Positions 26,536-35,834 are shown, numbered from the stretch's first letter. The stretch: 64,000 nt of DNA from Verrucomicrobiota bacterium (GCA_035358715.1 DAOPPX010000001.1:18412-82411), one strand, 5' to 3'. The notes: a model not told the origin generated them from the letters alone. Program-made: numbers and translations.

Positions 26536-28154
26536 GCTTTCAGAGTTTCGCTGGCTTTGGCGCTGCCGTTCGGGCGCCACTTCAAGGCCCATACCAAATC
26601 CTCTTTCGTCACGGGCTTCCCTCTCTGGATTGCGAGCAGCTTAACCAGCTTCACCAGTTGACGGATGTCGCGGCCGGACAAGTGATGTTCTTGGGCGAAT
26701 TCCCGGTAGGCAGCGTCACAAAGGCCAACCTTTTGGATCTCGCCTTGAATGTGGAAAAGCTCTCTGCGCTCGTCGGGGTCAGGATACTGGTACTCCACGT
26801 GAACCAGCGCCCTGGAGCTGATGGCGTCGTCAATGGCGGTTCCCTTGTTGGTGGTCAGGAAACAAAGGCCGCTCAAATTTTCCAGCAACCTCAGGAAAAC
26901 GCCAACGATCGCGTTCTGAACGATGTCGTCGGCGCGGGCGCGCACAAAAACATCGGCCTCGTTGATCAGCAGGACAGCGTTCCAGCGCCGGGCACGCAGC
27001 AGGGCCTGGCGCAGATTCTCCTCCACCTCTGGGGGGCTGATTCCGAGTTGAGAACATTGCAGCTCATATAGCGGCCGGTGGTTCTGTTCGGCGAATACCT
27101 GAGCCGTCAGAGTCTTGCCCAAACCAGGGTCGCCCTTGAGAAGGACCAAGCATCCCCCGGTCTTGCCGGAGACAACATCCCGGTCTTTGAGCTCGAAGGC
27201 GTGCCGCAGCACCTCAAGCAACCGGCGGGTCTCCTGGGGAAGGACGAGGTAACCGTCAATATCATCCTGGTATTGATACGGCTTTAGATCGGCGACATGG
27301 GCAATGATTTCCGCATGGCCGACCAGGTCGTAGGCATAAACCAGTGGATGCTGCGGCATCTCCACTTCCCGTCCTTCCTCATTCCACTGGGAGACGTCCG
27401 CCACTTTCTCATCACCGGTGTCCTTGAGGTTGTGGTAATGGTCCATTACCGCCAAGCCGGGCAGATCGGGATTCTCCGGCAGGCGGTACGTCTCGGGCTT
27501 CCAGCTCCCTTCCGTGTCGCGGCTCTGGACCCAGCCGTCGGCGACAAACTGTTCCCCGGTTTGCGCATGGCATTCCTCGTAAAGCTTCCGGTGGTGGCGG
27601 TATGCAGTCAGCAGTTCGTCAGATTCCAAACGCAACCCGGATGCCTCGAGAATCTGCGCAAGGTTCCTGCCTCGCAGGTCCCGGTTGTAGAAATCGATGC
27701 TGACTTCCTTCCGCTGCCCCAGTTGCCAGGCGACCAGACGCAACCGGACGTGCGGCGCGGAATATCGTCCCCCGTTGTCCTCGCTCACGTTCTCAATCAC
27801 GTAGGGCAGCCAATGCCGCATCTCGTTGTTGTGAAGAAACACCCAATAATGGGGCAGCTTGCCCAGGCAAAGGATGAGCGCTTCCTTCAGTGCGCCGACG
27901 GACTTGATTTTGTTCAGCAACGGGTTTTCCTGAACCTCGATCAAGTTCCGCAACTGGCGCATGAGGCGGCTGATTTCCTTGGAAGGGTTCCGCAGCCTTT
28001 GGCAGGCCTCAAACAAGGTGCGCCGGTCCGGCTGCGGCAGAAACTGGTGGCCGACCTCCACAAAAGGTTGCTGGGCCCGCTTGGCGATATCGAGCAGGTC
28101 CTTCTTTTCCAGCTTGAGGCCGTGGAACAATTCCAGTGGGATTTGCAGTTGCAT
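26532..28154 (-). CDS. AAA+ ATPase with ~330-aa unassigned N-terminal domain
   Basis: 540 aa from ATG 28154. Walker A GDPGLGKT, Walker B VLLINEADVF, DDAISSRA. Confidence 0.85.
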   Translation of the reverse strand: MQLQIPLELFHGLKLEKKDLLDIAKRAQQPFVEVGHQFLPQPDRRTLFEACQRLRNPSKEISRLMRQLRNLIEVQENPLLNKIKSVGALKEALILCLGKLPHYWVFLHNNEMRHWLPYVIENVSEDNGGRYSAPHVRLRLVAWQLGQRKEVSIDFYNRDLRGRNLAQILEASGLRLESDELLTAYRHHRKLYEECHAQTGEQFVADGWVQSRDTEGSWKPETYRLPENPDLPGLAVMDHYHNLKDTGDEKVADVSQWNEEGREVEMPQHPLVYAYDLVGHAEIIAHVADLKPYQYQDDIDGYLVLPQETRRLLEVLRHAFELKDRDVVSGKTGGCLVLLKGDPGLGKTLTAQVFAEQNHRPLYELQCSQLGISPPEVEENLRQALLRARRWNAVLLINEADVFVRARADDIVQNAIVGVFLRLLENLSGLCFLTTNKGTAIDDAISSRALVHVEYQYPDPDERRELFHIQGEIQKVGLCDAAYREFAQEHHLSGRDIRQLVKLVKLLAIQRGKPVTKEDLVWALKWRPNGSAKASETLKA

Positions 28155-28177
28155 GATGTCCGACTCAGAGAACTCCT

Positions 28178-28453
28178 CTACCCCTTCGGCCGTGGAAGCG
28201 GTTTTCTGCCCCGCCGGGCTTTGGTCGCCTTGAGCACCTGCCTTTCCCGCCACACGCGATGCCGGGAGCAAACGAACAGGCGTTCCCCCCGCTCGGTTTT
28301 GGTTCGTTGGCTGTTCCAGTCCACGGCGGTTTCGCCGCAATACTCGACTCGCAGTCTCCGATTTCTGGTGAGGCTGACTTTGGCCCCGGCGGTCCCTTCG
28401 ACTATCTCCAGCGTTCCAAGGATCTCGTTACCTTCAGGCGACATGGCTTTCAT
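28178..28453 (-). CDS. hypothetical basic protein
   Basis: 91 aa from ATG 28453, 5 nt after the upstream TAA. Confidence 0.5.
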   Translation of the reverse strand: MKAMSPEGNEILGTLEIVEGTAGAKVSLTRNRRLRVEYCGETAVDWNSQRTKTERGERLFVCSRHRVWRERQVLKATKARRGRKPLPRPKG

Positions 28454-28458
28454 TGGCT

Positions 28459-29973
28459 TTAGGTTTCGTCCGATTCCAGCCTCCATTCGAGGAACTGCCG
28501 GTTCTGGTAGAGCTTGCGAATAGTCTCCGCGCAGGTGGCTTCAGACTGAAGCAGGCCAAACGGGTGGTGTTCAGGAGTGAGTCCGTAATAGCCGGCCTGC
28601 TCGTGCCGGGTGTGCCGCAGCACGTCTTCCACCCGATACGGCGGCGGCCCGGTTGGCGCCAGCGCCAGGATTTCGTCCCGCTGCGGACTATGCAGCGGGG
28701 CCAGGCGGCGCTCGAGATACGCGCAGAGATTTGTGAACCAGACTCTGTCGAACGGTTCGCGCTCTCCGCACGCTTGCGTTCCGTTGTGCAGGTAAGAAAG
28801 AAACCCAGGAGCCAGGCTGAATGGATCTTCTTGCGAGGTCAATTCCATCAAGGACTGGATCTCTGCCTTTGGCAGAAGATGATAACAGGTGCCCCATACC
28901 TGTGGCGGGAAATGCATCTGCACAGAGGGAACACAGTAATCGGCCTTGATGACATGTGCGGAAATCTGCGCTGCCGAACTCCAAAATGTGCTGAATCCGT
29001 TTTCGTCCAGGAGAAGACACTTTTGGCCCGCGAGCGGGACTACCTCCGTGATCTCGCTGAAGCCCGGAAAGCGGCCGCAAGTCAGGCGGCACTTCTGCAA
29101 GACATCTTTGGTGTCCTGCATTCTTTGTCGCAGCCGCGCCTCCAGGTGGGCCGGCAGATGCAACTTTTTCAGGAAAACTGGCGCTTTCGCTGCTTTGTGG
29201 TACCAAATGGCGGCACGATCAAAATCCACGCGCCGAGGCGGTTCCTCCGTCGGACTCTGGTTTCCAACCGGTATGCAATCCACCAGGCATTTGTCGAGGT
29301 CGGCCGGGCCGCTGAAAAGATAGGACTGAGCCTCCGTCTTCACCAAACAGGGGAATCGCCGGAGCAGTTGGCGGATAGGGGTGTGGTATAGTCCCAGGCG
29401 GTGGTCGGTGTTCGCCTGCTGGATTGCTGTTTCCAGCGCCGCCAGCGCTTCGTTCCAGCTTTGCACGCCGCAATACCGTGTTTGTCGCAGTGCCTCGAAG
29501 TTCTCCGTCACCCACGTTAAGGCCCCTTCGGTGCCAACCAGGTGTGGCCCCTCGCAAGTTTGGCTGCTGGGGAGTCGGTTCAACAAGGTGGCCTCCGGCG
29601 TGAGCAGATAGGCCCCCTGTAATTCCGCGTTCATATCGTGACCGTGGAAGAAGAGTTCATCGAGCAAGTAAAAGGTCGTCCCGTTGCGCAGCACCAGCAG
29701 CGTTACCTGTTTGGCGTTGGGAAATGGGCTGCGTGCGGCAGGCAAAACCCTGGCGTGGATAATCTCAAACGCAAGTATGCGGTTGTCCGGGTTGCCGGCG
29801 ATCCCCGTCGGCCTCCCCGCCTCGGGCACAACTTGGCCCCACAACTTCTGGAGCTCAGGAAATCGTTGGCAGACCGCTTGCAGGTCCGGCGACAGGCTCT
29901 TGCCTTGTGCTGCCAGGCGCCGCTGAAGCAGATGCGTCTGCGTCTCCAGCGCGTCGCGGAGGGAGAGGTTCAT
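28459..29973 (-). CDS. hypothetical protein
   Basis: 504-aa ATG ORF. No motif recognised. Confidence 0.65.
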   Translation of the reverse strand: MNLSLRDALETQTHLLQRRLAAQGKSLSPDLQAVCQRFPELQKLWGQVVPEAGRPTGIAGNPDNRILAFEIIHARVLPAARSPFPNAKQVTLLVLRNGTTFYLLDELFFHGHDMNAELQGAYLLTPEATLLNRLPSSQTCEGPHLVGTEGALTWVTENFEALRQTRYCGVQSWNEALAALETAIQQANTDHRLGLYHTPIRQLLRRFPCLVKTEAQSYLFSGPADLDKCLVDCIPVGNQSPTEEPPRRVDFDRAAIWYHKAAKAPVFLKKLHLPAHLEARLRQRMQDTKDVLQKCRLTCGRFPGFSEITEVVPLAGQKCLLLDENGFSTFWSSAAQISAHVIKADYCVPSVQMHFPPQVWGTCYHLLPKAEIQSLMELTSQEDPFSLAPGFLSYLHNGTQACGEREPFDRVWFTNLCAYLERRLAPLHSPQRDEILALAPTGPPPYRVEDVLRHTRHEQAGYYGLTPEHHPFGLLQSEATCAETIRKLYQNRQFLEWRLESDET

Positions 29974-29997
29974 GAATGCGGCTCCTGGCAGAAAGTA

Positions 29998-30186
29998 TCA
30001 GCCCTCGATCTGGAGCCCCTTCAGCGTCATTCGCTGACGGCCGGCACTGAGGGATTCTCTTGCCGAGACCACCCCGGTCTGCACAACGGTCAGGAATTCC
30101 TGGACCATCCTGCCGTGCTTGCGTTGCGCCACAATGACCGTGTCGCCTTCCTGGCAGTTGAATTGCATCACCGGCGTTCTTCTCAC
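29998..30186 (-). CDS. small hypothetical protein
   Basis: 62 aa (GTG 30186) or 56 aa (ATG 30168). Confidence 0.4.
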   Translation of the reverse strand: MRRTPVMQFNCQEGDTVIVAQRKHGRMVQEFLTVVQTGVVSARESLSAGRQRMTLKGLQIEG

Positions 30187-30214
30187 GCCTTATGTTTGCC
30201 GCCAAAGTCTGCGC

Positions 30215-30616
30215 TCAGAGCAGGACCGGGCGGGCGAACACGGCTGAGCCCTTCTTGACGAAGGTAAGGCGCACGTCGATCCCTTCGGCGCTGACCGGGA
30301 ATTGCCCGGTTTGAATCCCGCGGAACAACTCGACCAGTTCCGGCGATGACATCCGGTAGATGTATGGCCGGCCCGGCTCGATATCTTCAAAGAGCGCCAC
30401 CGCGCAGGAACTCCCCTTTGCGGCATAGGAGAAGCGGATTCGAGCAGAGAATTCAATGTTCTCTTGCAGCGTGACATTTGCGGGCGGCGATGCGTGACGG
30501 GGGAGCCCCACGACCCGGATGCCGGTTAGTCTGGGATCCGGCGCGCCGGGGTACCAGTAAAGGGGCTGGAAATACAATCGCCACCCCCTGCACGGCCTCT
30601 TGACCGCATCGTGCAT
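30215..30616 (-). CDS. hypothetical protein, first gene of the radical-SAM operon
   Basis: 133-aa ATG ORF following a 293-nt divergent intergenic region. Confidence 0.55.
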   Translation of the reverse strand: MHDAVKRPCRGWRLYFQPLYWYPGAPDPRLTGIRVVGLPRHASPPANVTLQENIEFSARIRFSYAAKGSSCAVALFEDIEPGRPYIYRMSSPELVELFRGIQTGQFPVSAEGIDVRLTFVKKGSAVFARPVLL

Positions 30617-30909
30617 GGATCACTCTTCGCAATGCTTTTGGACTGAAGCGCTGATCTTCATCTTCATCTTGTCGAGGTCGGCTGCATCACCCTGCAAGAC
30701 AGCGGATTCTGGGAGCCCAGTTAAGATTTGTTTGGCCAGGCTTACACAGGCCCGCCAATTCTGGTACGAGCGCCAAGCGGGAGTTGCCACGAGCCTTCTG
30801 GCACGCGCGGGCTGTGGATCAGCATACCGACATACCGACAAAGAAACCTTGTGAGCGATAACGCGTTCTGATTTAATTAGGACTGTTCGCAACAGCTGGC
30901 TTAACGGGA

Positions 30910-33900
30910 ATGTTGAGGATGAAACGACTCGGCAAAGCGGTATGGCTGACGATTTGGGTTTGCGCAGCAATATTCGGCACGTCCACACGCGCCCAACCTA
31001 CCGATCAGCAGGTAATTGATTACGTCAAGAACGCATGGGAGCTCACCGACCTGACCGATGACGTGATCAGCCAAACATTGGACACGTCCTATTCAGGGAT
31101 CCCCTTCAAGGATTATGTTTCGTATTTCCTGGTGGCGCCGGATATTCTTAATCCGCTGGCTTCAGGCGATTACACAACTGCGGCTAGTAAAGGGGCCGAC
31201 TTCGCAGCAGACCAGTCCATCTCCTATCTTTTGGAGCAGGCGGGCCTCTCGGGCGTATTTGCGCCTGCAAGGCTTGCAAACTGGCCAATTGAACACAGTT
31301 TGAACCTGTTTCGCCAGGCCGTTCAGGACGCCACTTTCAAAAACCAAATGAAGCTCTACTTCGCGGCTCGCGCTGCAGGGAATAGCTATTCCGACATAAT
31401 CAATTTGGCCGACAGCGACGTCATGAGTGCGAGTCCCGATATTCTCAAGAACAATCGGGACACCATCACAAAATATGAAGGCTGGCTTGCTTTTGAACCC
31501 AGCTATTTGGTTGGTTCTGTCCCGGGCTACACGCCTGCGCAATTCTACGATTATGCAGAACAACAATGGCTCGCAGCTAAGGCTTACAACAATTATGCAG
31601 CCGACCAGGCGACCGTCCGCGATGCCTTCCGTGCGTCCGCTGTTCCCCAAGCCCCCGTCATCACCCAACAGCCGCAGGACGCTGTAATTGCCTCCGGCCA
31701 GAACTTCACATTTACAGTCGTGGCCACCGGCACTGGTCCCTTCCAATATGTCTGGGAAAAAGACGGGGTGCCGTATGCCGGCCCTTATGGCGCATCCTTC
31801 AGCGCCACCGACGCCGGCCAGTATGCCGTCACGGTTTTCGATGCCCAAAGCCTTTCAACCCGCAGCCGCACCGCCACCCTCACTGTGAACAACGGCGAAC
31901 CAGTTGCCATTACTGCACCCGCGGCCAGTGCCACCGTTTCCGGCATCACGACCGTGTGCGCCAGTGTGAGCGGCGCTACCAAGGTGGAGTTCTACCTCGA
32001 TGGCGTCCGACAATTTACGGATTCCGGCGCGCCCTTTGCCTGGACATGGAGCTCAGCGTTGTCCGTTAATGGTGTGCATGCACTCACTGCCAAGGCATAC
32101 AACGGCACGATGCTCCTTGGAGCCAGTGCCGCCGTAAGCGTGACAGTGAACAACACGGCGCCTCCTCCCTGCGACGATCCAGCGGAACCGAACGATTCCT
32201 CCCTCACTGCCACGCCGCTCATGTTCGGCGTCTCCTCCAATGGCTTCATTTGCACGCCACAAGATGTGGATTGGTTCCGGGTTGACGTAGTCACGCCGGG
32301 GGTTTTGACCTTCGACTTGGTGGTTCCGGCAACCAACGATTTTGACTTGGAGCTATACGGTCCCGATTCTGCCTACGTCACAGGCTCGTATAACAGCACA
32401 GGATTGCCGGAGCACATCGCATACAACGCGAACGTTCCCGGCACATACTACGTGCGCGTTTATGGCTACCCCGTTGGGAACGGGTCTTACAGCTCCACCA
32501 GCCCTTATACCATCAGCGCTGGACTCGTATCCGGCCCGGTCTCGATTTTGACGCCGCCGCTCAACCGCACCGTGCCCGCCGGGGCAAGCGCCAGCTTCAG
32601 CGTGATCGCCACTGGCGCACCGTCGCTCGCCTATCAATGGCAGCGCGACAGCGCGGACATTCCGGGCGCGACGGGCCCCACTTACGCCACCTCAGTTTTG
32701 ACACTGGCCGACAACGGCGCGCAGTTCCGCGTTCGCGTCACTAACGCCTTTGGTTCCACGCTCAGCGCCCCGGCCACGCTCACCGTAACCACGGCCAATG
32801 CGATCACATGGACCGGTGCGGCGGGTGACGGAAACTGGTTCAACCGCACCAACTGGAATCCCATGATCGTGCCGGGGGGAGGTGATGTCGTTCAACTGAA
32901 TTCTGGTAGCGTAAACATGCCCGTCAATGCCCAATATGCCGTTATCAATTTAGCTGGTGGCACGCTTAACAGCACATTCACGCTCAGTGGTAGCATGAAC
33001 TGGACTGGTGGAACCTTGTCTGGCGACCTGACGATTGGGACCGGCGGGGTGCTGACGCTCAGCGGCGCTGTCGACAAGACCATGAATGGCGCGGTGCTGC
33101 GCAACGGGGGCACGGTGATTTGGGGTGGGACCGGCAACCTAGTCATGAACAACGGTTCGGACATCGAGAACCTGGCTGGCGGGCTCTTCGACGTGCAAAC
33201 CGACGCGACGATGTATTGGCCGGGCAACGGCTACGCTCCAACCTTCAATAACGCGGGCACCTTCCGCAAGTCGGGCGGCACCGGCACCACTACGCTCAGC
33301 AGCGTGAGTTTCAACAATGTGGGGGCGCTGGAGTTGCTCAGCGGTTCGCTCACCGTCGGCAGTCAATTCAACCAGACAGGGACTTGCACCATAACCGCCG
33401 GAACGTTGACTCTGCAAAGCGGGGGGACTTGCCAGGGCAGCTTCGCCGTTTCAGCCAGTTCATCACTCCAGTTGGCCGGAGGCAGTTTCGTGCTCAGTTC
33501 CAACGTGGTGTTTTCCGGGCCTGGCCTGAGCCGGGTCAGCAACGCGAGCGTCACCTTCAACGGCTCGTATAACCTGCCGAACATTCAGTTCGATACTGGC
33601 ACCACGCTGCTCGGCACGTTCACGCTCACCGGCACCATGAGCTGGACGGGTGGAACACTGGCGGGTGATATGACGATTGCGCCGGGCGGGGTGCTAACAC
33701 TCAGTGGTAATGCGGACAAGACCATGAACGGCGCGGTGCTGCGCAACGGAGGCACGGTGATTTGGAGTGGGGCGGGCAACCTGGTAATGAACAACGGTTC
33801 GGATATCGAGAACCTGGCCGGCGGGCTCTTCGACGTGCAAACCGACGCGACGATGTATTGGCCGGGCAACGGCTACGCGCCAACCTTCAACAACGCGGGC

Positions 33901-35664
33901 ACCTTCCGCAAGTCGAACAGCACTGGCACCACGACCATCAGCAGCGTGAGTTTCAACAACACCGGCACGGTGGATGTGACCAGCGGCACGGCAAACTTCG
34001 GCAGCAACAACCTGCGGCTTCAGTCCGGCAGTCAACTGACGGGAACCGGACGTGTAATTGGCTCAATCGTTTTGAATGGGGCCAACGTAGCCTCGCAAAA
34101 TCTGGAGTTGGCCTCTGGCACCACGTTAACTGGAACTGGCACGCTGTCGGGCACCGTCTACTGGACAGGAGGGACACTGGCGGGCGACTTCACCTTGGCA
34201 ACTAACGGGGTGCTGATGCTCAGCGGCAACGCTGATAAGCCGATGTCCAACGCGGTGCTGCGCAACGGCGGCACGGTGATCTGGGGCGGGGCGGGCAACC
34301 TGGTGATGAATAACGGTTCGGACTTTGAGAACCTCGCAGGCGGCCTGTTGGACGTGCAGACCGACGGTCACACGGTGTATTGGCCGGGCAACGGCTACGC
34401 GCCAATCTTCACCAACGCGGGCACGCTTCAGGTGGAGACAGGGGTGCTGACCTTCAGCAGCCTGAGTCCCAAACTCAACACTGGCACAACCATCTCGGGA
34501 GCCGGCCGGGTCGTGGGCACGCTGACGCTCAATGGGAGCGTGCTGTTGCAGAACTTCCAGTTGGCCTATGGCTGCACTCTGGCGGGCACGGGCACGGTTC
34601 AAGGGACGGTGTCGTGGACCGACGGGCTCGTGGTTGCCGATGTAACGCTGGCAACCAACTGTGTGCTGACGCTCAGCGGCGCTGTCGACAAGACCATGAA
34701 TGGCGCGGTGCTGCGCAACGGGGGCACGGTGATTTGGGGTGGGACCGGCAACCTAGTCATGAACAACGGTTCGGACATCGAGAACCTGGCTGGCGGGCTC
34801 TTCGACGTGCAAACCGACGCGACGATGTATTGGCCGGGCAACGGCTACGCTCCAACCTTCAATAACGCGGGCACCTTCCGCAAGTCGGGCGGCACCGGCA
34901 CCACTACGCTCAGCAGCGTGAGTTTCAACAACACCGGCACGGTGGATGTCACGAGCGGCACAGCGTATTTCAGCGGAGGCTTGAATCAGACCGACGGGCA
35001 GACGCGGCTCGCCGGCGGTTCATTAAGCGGAGGCACGTTCAACTTCACCGGCGGCGTCCTTTTAGGCACCGGTGTAATAAACGCTGCGGTGGTCAACGGG
35101 GCCGTCGTTAGTCCCGGCAGTTCCCTCGGAATGATTACCGTCAACGGGAACTATACGCAGACTGCCTCCGGCATGTTGCAGATGGAACTGGGCGGCCTGA
35201 CGCCCGGCAGCGGGTTTGACAAGATGGTAGTCAACGGCCAAGCCACGCTTGCAGGGACGATTAACGTGACGCTTGCCAACGGGTTTACGCCTAGTTTCAG
35301 CGACGCGTTTCCCATCCTCACTTGCTCCACGCGTAGCGGCAGCTTCGCCACCATCAACCTTCCCGCACTGCCGAACGCCCTCGCCCTCACCGCCCAATAC
35401 AGCCCAAACACAATGACATTGCTGACCGGCAATAACACTGGCAACAACGCAACCAATGTGCTCGCTGGCTTGGCAACCGCAACTGGAGCATTCGAGCTGC
35501 GTTACACCGGTGAAGCCGGCCATGCTTACCGTCTCCAAGCTTCCACCAATCTCGCTGATTGGGTGGACGTATTTACGAACACGCCAGTTAATGGCCTAAT
35601 CCGCTTCATAGATTTTGATGCGAAGAATATGGATCGGCGTTTTTATCGAGCTGTGTCCCCCTGA
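30910..35664 (+). CDS. giant secreted Ig-like / PPC / beta-strand-repeat surface protein (adhesin-like)
   Basis: 1584 aa.
- Signal peptide: MLRMKRLGKAVWLTIWVCAAIFGTSTRAQ.
- Two Ig-like modules: PVITQQPQDAVIASGQNFTFTV..YVWEKDG and LTPPLNRTVPAGASASFSV..YQWQRD.
- A PPC-like module: DDPAEPNDSSLTATPL..DVDWFRV..YYVRVYGY.
- Four ~150-215-aa repeats: TLSG..DKTMNGAVLRNGGTVIWGG.GNLVMNNGSDIENLAGGLFDVQTD.
- C-terminal YRLQASTNLADWVDV beta-sandwich-like tail. Confidence 0.9.
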   Translation: MLRMKRLGKAVWLTIWVCAAIFGTSTRAQPTDQQVIDYVKNAWELTDLTDDVISQTLDTSYSGIPFKDYVSYFLVAPDILNPLASGDYTTAASKGADFAADQSISYLLEQAGLSGVFAPARLANWPIEHSLNLFRQAVQDATFKNQMKLYFAARAAGNSYSDIINLADSDVMSASPDILKNNRDTITKYEGWLAFEPSYLVGSVPGYTPAQFYDYAEQQWLAAKAYNNYAADQATVRDAFRASAVPQAPVITQQPQDAVIASGQNFTFTVVATGTGPFQYVWEKDGVPYAGPYGASFSATDAGQYAVTVFDAQSLSTRSRTATLTVNNGEPVAITAPAASATVSGITTVCASVSGATKVEFYLDGVRQFTDSGAPFAWTWSSALSVNGVHALTAKAYNGTMLLGASAAVSVTVNNTAPPPCDDPAEPNDSSLTATPLMFGVSSNGFICTPQDVDWFRVDVVTPGVLTFDLVVPATNDFDLELYGPDSAYVTGSYNSTGLPEHIAYNANVPGTYYVRVYGYPVGNGSYSSTSPYTISAGLVSGPVSILTPPLNRTVPAGASASFSVIATGAPSLAYQWQRDSADIPGATGPTYATSVLTLADNGAQFRVRVTNAFGSTLSAPATLTVTTANAITWTGAAGDGNWFNRTNWNPMIVPGGGDVVQLNSGSVNMPVNAQYAVINLAGGTLNSTFTLSGSMNWTGGTLSGDLTIGTGGVLTLSGAVDKTMNGAVLRNGGTVIWGGTGNLVMNNGSDIENLAGGLFDVQTDATMYWPGNGYAPTFNNAGTFRKSGGTGTTTLSSVSFNNVGALELLSGSLTVGSQFNQTGTCTITAGTLTLQSGGTCQGSFAVSASSSLQLAGGSFVLSSNVVFSGPGLSRVSNASVTFNGSYNLPNIQFDTGTTLLGTFTLTGTMSWTGGTLAGDMTIAPGGVLTLSGNADKTMNGAVLRNGGTVIWSGAGNLVMNNGSDIENLAGGLFDVQTDATMYWPGNGYAPTFNNAGTFRKSNSTGTTTISSVSFNNTGTVDVTSGTANFGSNNLRLQSGSQLTGTGRVIGSIVLNGANVASQNLELASGTTLTGTGTLSGTVYWTGGTLAGDFTLATNGVLMLSGNADKPMSNAVLRNGGTVIWGGAGNLVMNNGSDFENLAGGLLDVQTDGHTVYWPGNGYAPIFTNAGTLQVETGVLTFSSLSPKLNTGTTISGAGRVVGTLTLNGSVLLQNFQLAYGCTLAGTGTVQGTVSWTDGLVVADVTLATNCVLTLSGAVDKTMNGAVLRNGGTVIWGGTGNLVMNNGSDIENLAGGLFDVQTDATMYWPGNGYAPTFNNAGTFRKSGGTGTTTLSSVSFNNTGTVDVTSGTAYFSGGLNQTDGQTRLAGGSLSGGTFNFTGGVLLGTGVINAAVVNGAVVSPGSSLGMITVNGNYTQTASGMLQMELGGLTPGSGFDKMVVNGQATLAGTINVTLANGFTPSFSDAFPILTCSTRSGSFATINLPALPNALALTAQYSPNTMTLLTGNNTGNNATNVLAGLATATGAFELRYTGEAGHAYRLQASTNLADWVDVFTNTPVNGLIRFIDFDAKNMDRRFYRAVSP
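33049..33317 (+). repeat. intragenic direct repeat copy R1 (identical to 34663..34931)
   Basis: Base-by-base comparison: all 269 nt identical to R4, flanked by mismatches on both sides. Confidence 0.95.
33691..33959 (+). repeat. intragenic repeat copy R2 (diverged)
   Basis: Hand alignment to R1 gives 26 mismatches in 269 nt and no indels. Confidence 0.85.
34663..34931 (+). repeat. intragenic direct repeat copy R4 (identical to 33049..33317)
   Basis: 269/269 identity to R1. The sequence just downstream (caccggcacggtggatgt...) matches the R2 tail rather than the R1 tail. Confidence 0.95.
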
Positions 35665-35834
35665 ACGCACAGCTCAGGAGGGTTCCGACCGCTTCGGGAC
35701 TCATTGTCCGAGAAAATGCCTTCTGGGCCATTCACGTGGGGGCCGTGCGCGCCACCTTCACGATCAGTGAATGCAATCGTTCAAGGAATCAAGGAATGTT
35801 GCGCCGCTCTGTTACGCGGCAACCCGAATCTCCT

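Noticed and set aside
25408-26592. Radical SAM as a prokaryotic viperin or QueE
   Set aside because: I cannot support either. The protein has a Cys4 insert and extra C-terminal cysteine clusters that neither family has, as I recall. No nucleotide kinase (pVip context) or FolE/QueD/QueC/DpdA (deazaguanine context) genes are nearby. A profile search would be needed.
27297-28523. 408-aa plus-strand ORF opposite the AAA+ gene. Similar long antisense ORFs occur at 16403..17257, 20462..21472, 25642..26661, 53887..54702 and 58197..59243.
   Set aside because: All lie antisense to better-supported minus-strand genes. They break the operon logic and have arginine/glycine/proline-biased sequences typical of shadow frames.
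30620-30988. 122-aa minus-strand ORF spanning the divergent intergenic region and the start of the giant gene
   Set aside because: Its only upstream start lies inside the giant gene's 5' end, and the sequence is basic and low in complexity. A much shorter alternative-start peptide ending 3 nt before gene 30215..30616 cannot be excluded, but it is unsupported.
32790-35050. Tandem repeats considered as a CRISPR array or MITE/IS copies. Repeated antisense ORFs (32892..33227, 33585..33869, 34599..34841) considered as genes.
   Set aside because: The repeats are in-frame coding units of 453-642 nt within one long ORF, with no short spacer/repeat periodicity and no terminal inverted repeats. The antisense ORFs are repeated only because the sense repeats are.
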